DNA of 64,000 nucleotides from Massalongia carnosa (lineage: Eukaryota): positions 2,418,001-2,482,000 of the forward strand of contig OZ287067.1 of the NCBI GenBank assembly GCA_965645245.1, read 5' to 3'. Below the pieces are notes generated by a model. It worked only from the letters and a program-made list of their open reading frames with translations, did no database searches and was not told the origin of the DNA. A program made the translations under genes and the position numbers. This document shows, one piece after another, positions 61,886-64,000 of the stretch (position 1 is the stretch's first letter; each line of letters begins with the position of its first letter).

Positions 61886-64000
61886 TCACCATCCAAACTG
61901 CTCCTCAAAATACCCCAGTCCTTCAAACCCGCTCCCCACAATTCCCACAGCCGCACGGCGGCTATCATCCGCGAGCCTCGCAGGTCCGCACACCACGATC
62001 GCAACGCTACCTACGGAATCAGCAGCCTCCTGCCGCAAGATTTGTCCAACGTCCGGGCGCTCATAGCGGAACCGGACGTCGTCAGGGAGCCATTCGAGAT
62101 CAACGGCATGATTTTTAATCGCCGGGGGCGACGATCCAGTGACAAAGAGATCAAACTTAATCTTTGGGTTGGACGACGCCTCGGCGAGTTCCGTGTTCAT
62201 GACGTCACTAATAAACGCGTGCTGCCTTGCAGCCCAGATGATGCGCGCTCGCTTGGTGATAATACGTCGAGAGAACTCGGTAGTGGATTGGTTCAAGAAC
62301 TCTTGGATATAAGCTAGGACGACAGAGATACCGCTGCCCCCAGCGACGAAGATAACTGTATCGTATTGGAAGACCGGAGCAGTCTCACCATAAGGACCTT
62401 CTACCAAGGCGGTCAATTCTTTGAACCTGGTTCCACTCTTGTTAATCGCGTCTCGCAGACACAAGGTTGACCCTTTGTGTGGGCGAATCAGGAAATGAAG
62501 CTTCGTGGGAGACTTGACATTCGATTCCTGCGACATTTCGCAATCGCTGTTGCTCTCGCTCCACATGGGAGACATGTTTACTTTCTCATGATCATTAGTA
62601 ATAGAACGATTGGGGGCTGCCACTGGACTGATTTGCCCGCCATGAGTCCAACCGCACATTGTAAAAGGGTGGTTACCCACGGCTTTCAATATGAATGGAA
62701 AGTGCAGGTAATAGTGTGTTCCAGGTCTTGGTTGTTGATGGTAGGACGGAGTAAAAGTAAGACGAATAATATCATGTTCTGGGTTGTATACTGCAATGAC
62801 CTTCGTGTGCCGAATAAAGGCGACTTTGTAATTGAGCACAAGCAGCCTCATAAGCCTGACAAAATGATCGAAGACCCAGATTGCGACGCAAGGCCACAGA
62901 AAAGGCTCAAAGTTCCCTCCCAGTATCTTAACGTGGCTTTGATGTACAAGTTAGCTGTGGAGTATGAGAAGATGTAAATATGCTTACTAGAACGTTGTTA
63001 CTAATGCCATCAAGGCAAGGCCTGCGTGTAAGGCCAGGAAGACCTCATATGCTTTTTGACGGATTGGGTATATTGAGAATAGCACCAGGAAGCTCATACT
63101 TATGGTAGCCTAAAATCCGTTAGTTTTGACACGCAAGTTTGGCTTCTGTAAGCCTGTAAAGGGTTCACGAATCGAAAAGAAAGATCTTACGATTACACCG
63201 CAATACCAGTATTCTTCTTTGAAGACTTTTGCGAGCGACGTTCTCCCTCCATCTGGTAAAGTAAGTGCGTGTGATGTAACTAAGTGGACCATGCAACACT
63301 AACCCATGTACACCAGATACGTAGAGCCTATTGAATGAATAATCGCCTCAATAGCGACTACTCTTGCTACATATCTGTGAAATATATTGAATGTCCCAAA
63401 GTTCCACCCGGTCAGCCAGAGAAAGATATCGTTTCTGCCAGCAAATATCCACAGTAGGGGTAAGTTTGCGACAGCAAGGAAGCCGGTACGACCAGTAACG
63501 TAAGCTAAGATTTGCTCATTCTCTCGAGACCAGCTGGTCATGCCTCTTAGTTTTATCCCCCCCCCCGCATACTTCAGAGATAGGAGCGCGTATACATACA
63601 AAATGTTCTGGAGGAAAGAGGTGTATCTGATCGAGGACAAGATTATATTCAGCCCCACAAAGCCGACTATAATCAGAGACTGGACCCGCGTCGGAATAGT
63701 GCACCAGCCCAGGGGCTCTTGATGGCGATAACCAAAGGTTCCTGGAAGAATGATATATTGTTTGGTCCATCGTTGAATACCACTAAAAAGTGACTTGCAG
63801 GAAGGTTGTCGGCGTTCAACCGTTTCAGTATCTGGATAGGATCTCTCATGGACCAGTCGGACTACAAATGCAAAGAGCCGGTTGATCATCCCGATAAGGA
63901 GAATGGTTCCCCAAAAGCCATACATGGCCCAGCTGTAGTGAGGGCTATGTTAGCTTTGTACGTGCCGAGCGACTTGAAGCCACTTACCTAAAATCCTGAT
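61886..64000 (-). CDS. Ferric reductase (FRE-family) transmembrane component, 5' end beyond the window
   Basis: RTGFLAVANLPL..AGRND, FNIFHRYVAR, HPFT (FAD), VEGPYG, VAGGSGI, VCGPARLAD and EEQFGW* motifs. Confidence 0.95.

Overview
Filamentous ascomycete (Pezizomycotina-type) genomic DNA with short GT-AG introns. It is a transposon-rich accessory region. Apparently intact host genes: two Pth11-like (rhodopsin-domain) membrane proteins, a GPI-type Cys/Ser/Thr-rich protein, a GH55 beta-1,3-glucanase, a type-B carboxylesterase, two small secreted proteins, a conserved membrane protein, a Zn2Cys6 factor and a ferric reductase that runs off the right edge. Mobile DNA: six pogo/Fot1 (DDE_1) copies, one Tc1/mariner relic, two 5'-truncated Tad1-like LINEs with 14-bp TSDs, a PIF/Harbinger relic and a tRNA-derived (SINE-like) head. 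The main structural result can be read directly from the sequence. Two near-identical, oppositely oriented pogo copies (8124-10641 and 25774-28334) each inserted into a different older transposon, and the 15.1-kb segment between them has since been inverted. Both host elements are left split, with their termini about 16-20 kb apart in direct orientation. More tentative results: a LINE-interrupted relic of a Starship-type DUF3435 tyrosine recombinase (~39.4-44.3 kb), an unrecognised coding module shared by two different pogo elements, and a divergent cargo ORF inside one of them. All coordinates, splice models and family calls come from manual reading; no searches were run.
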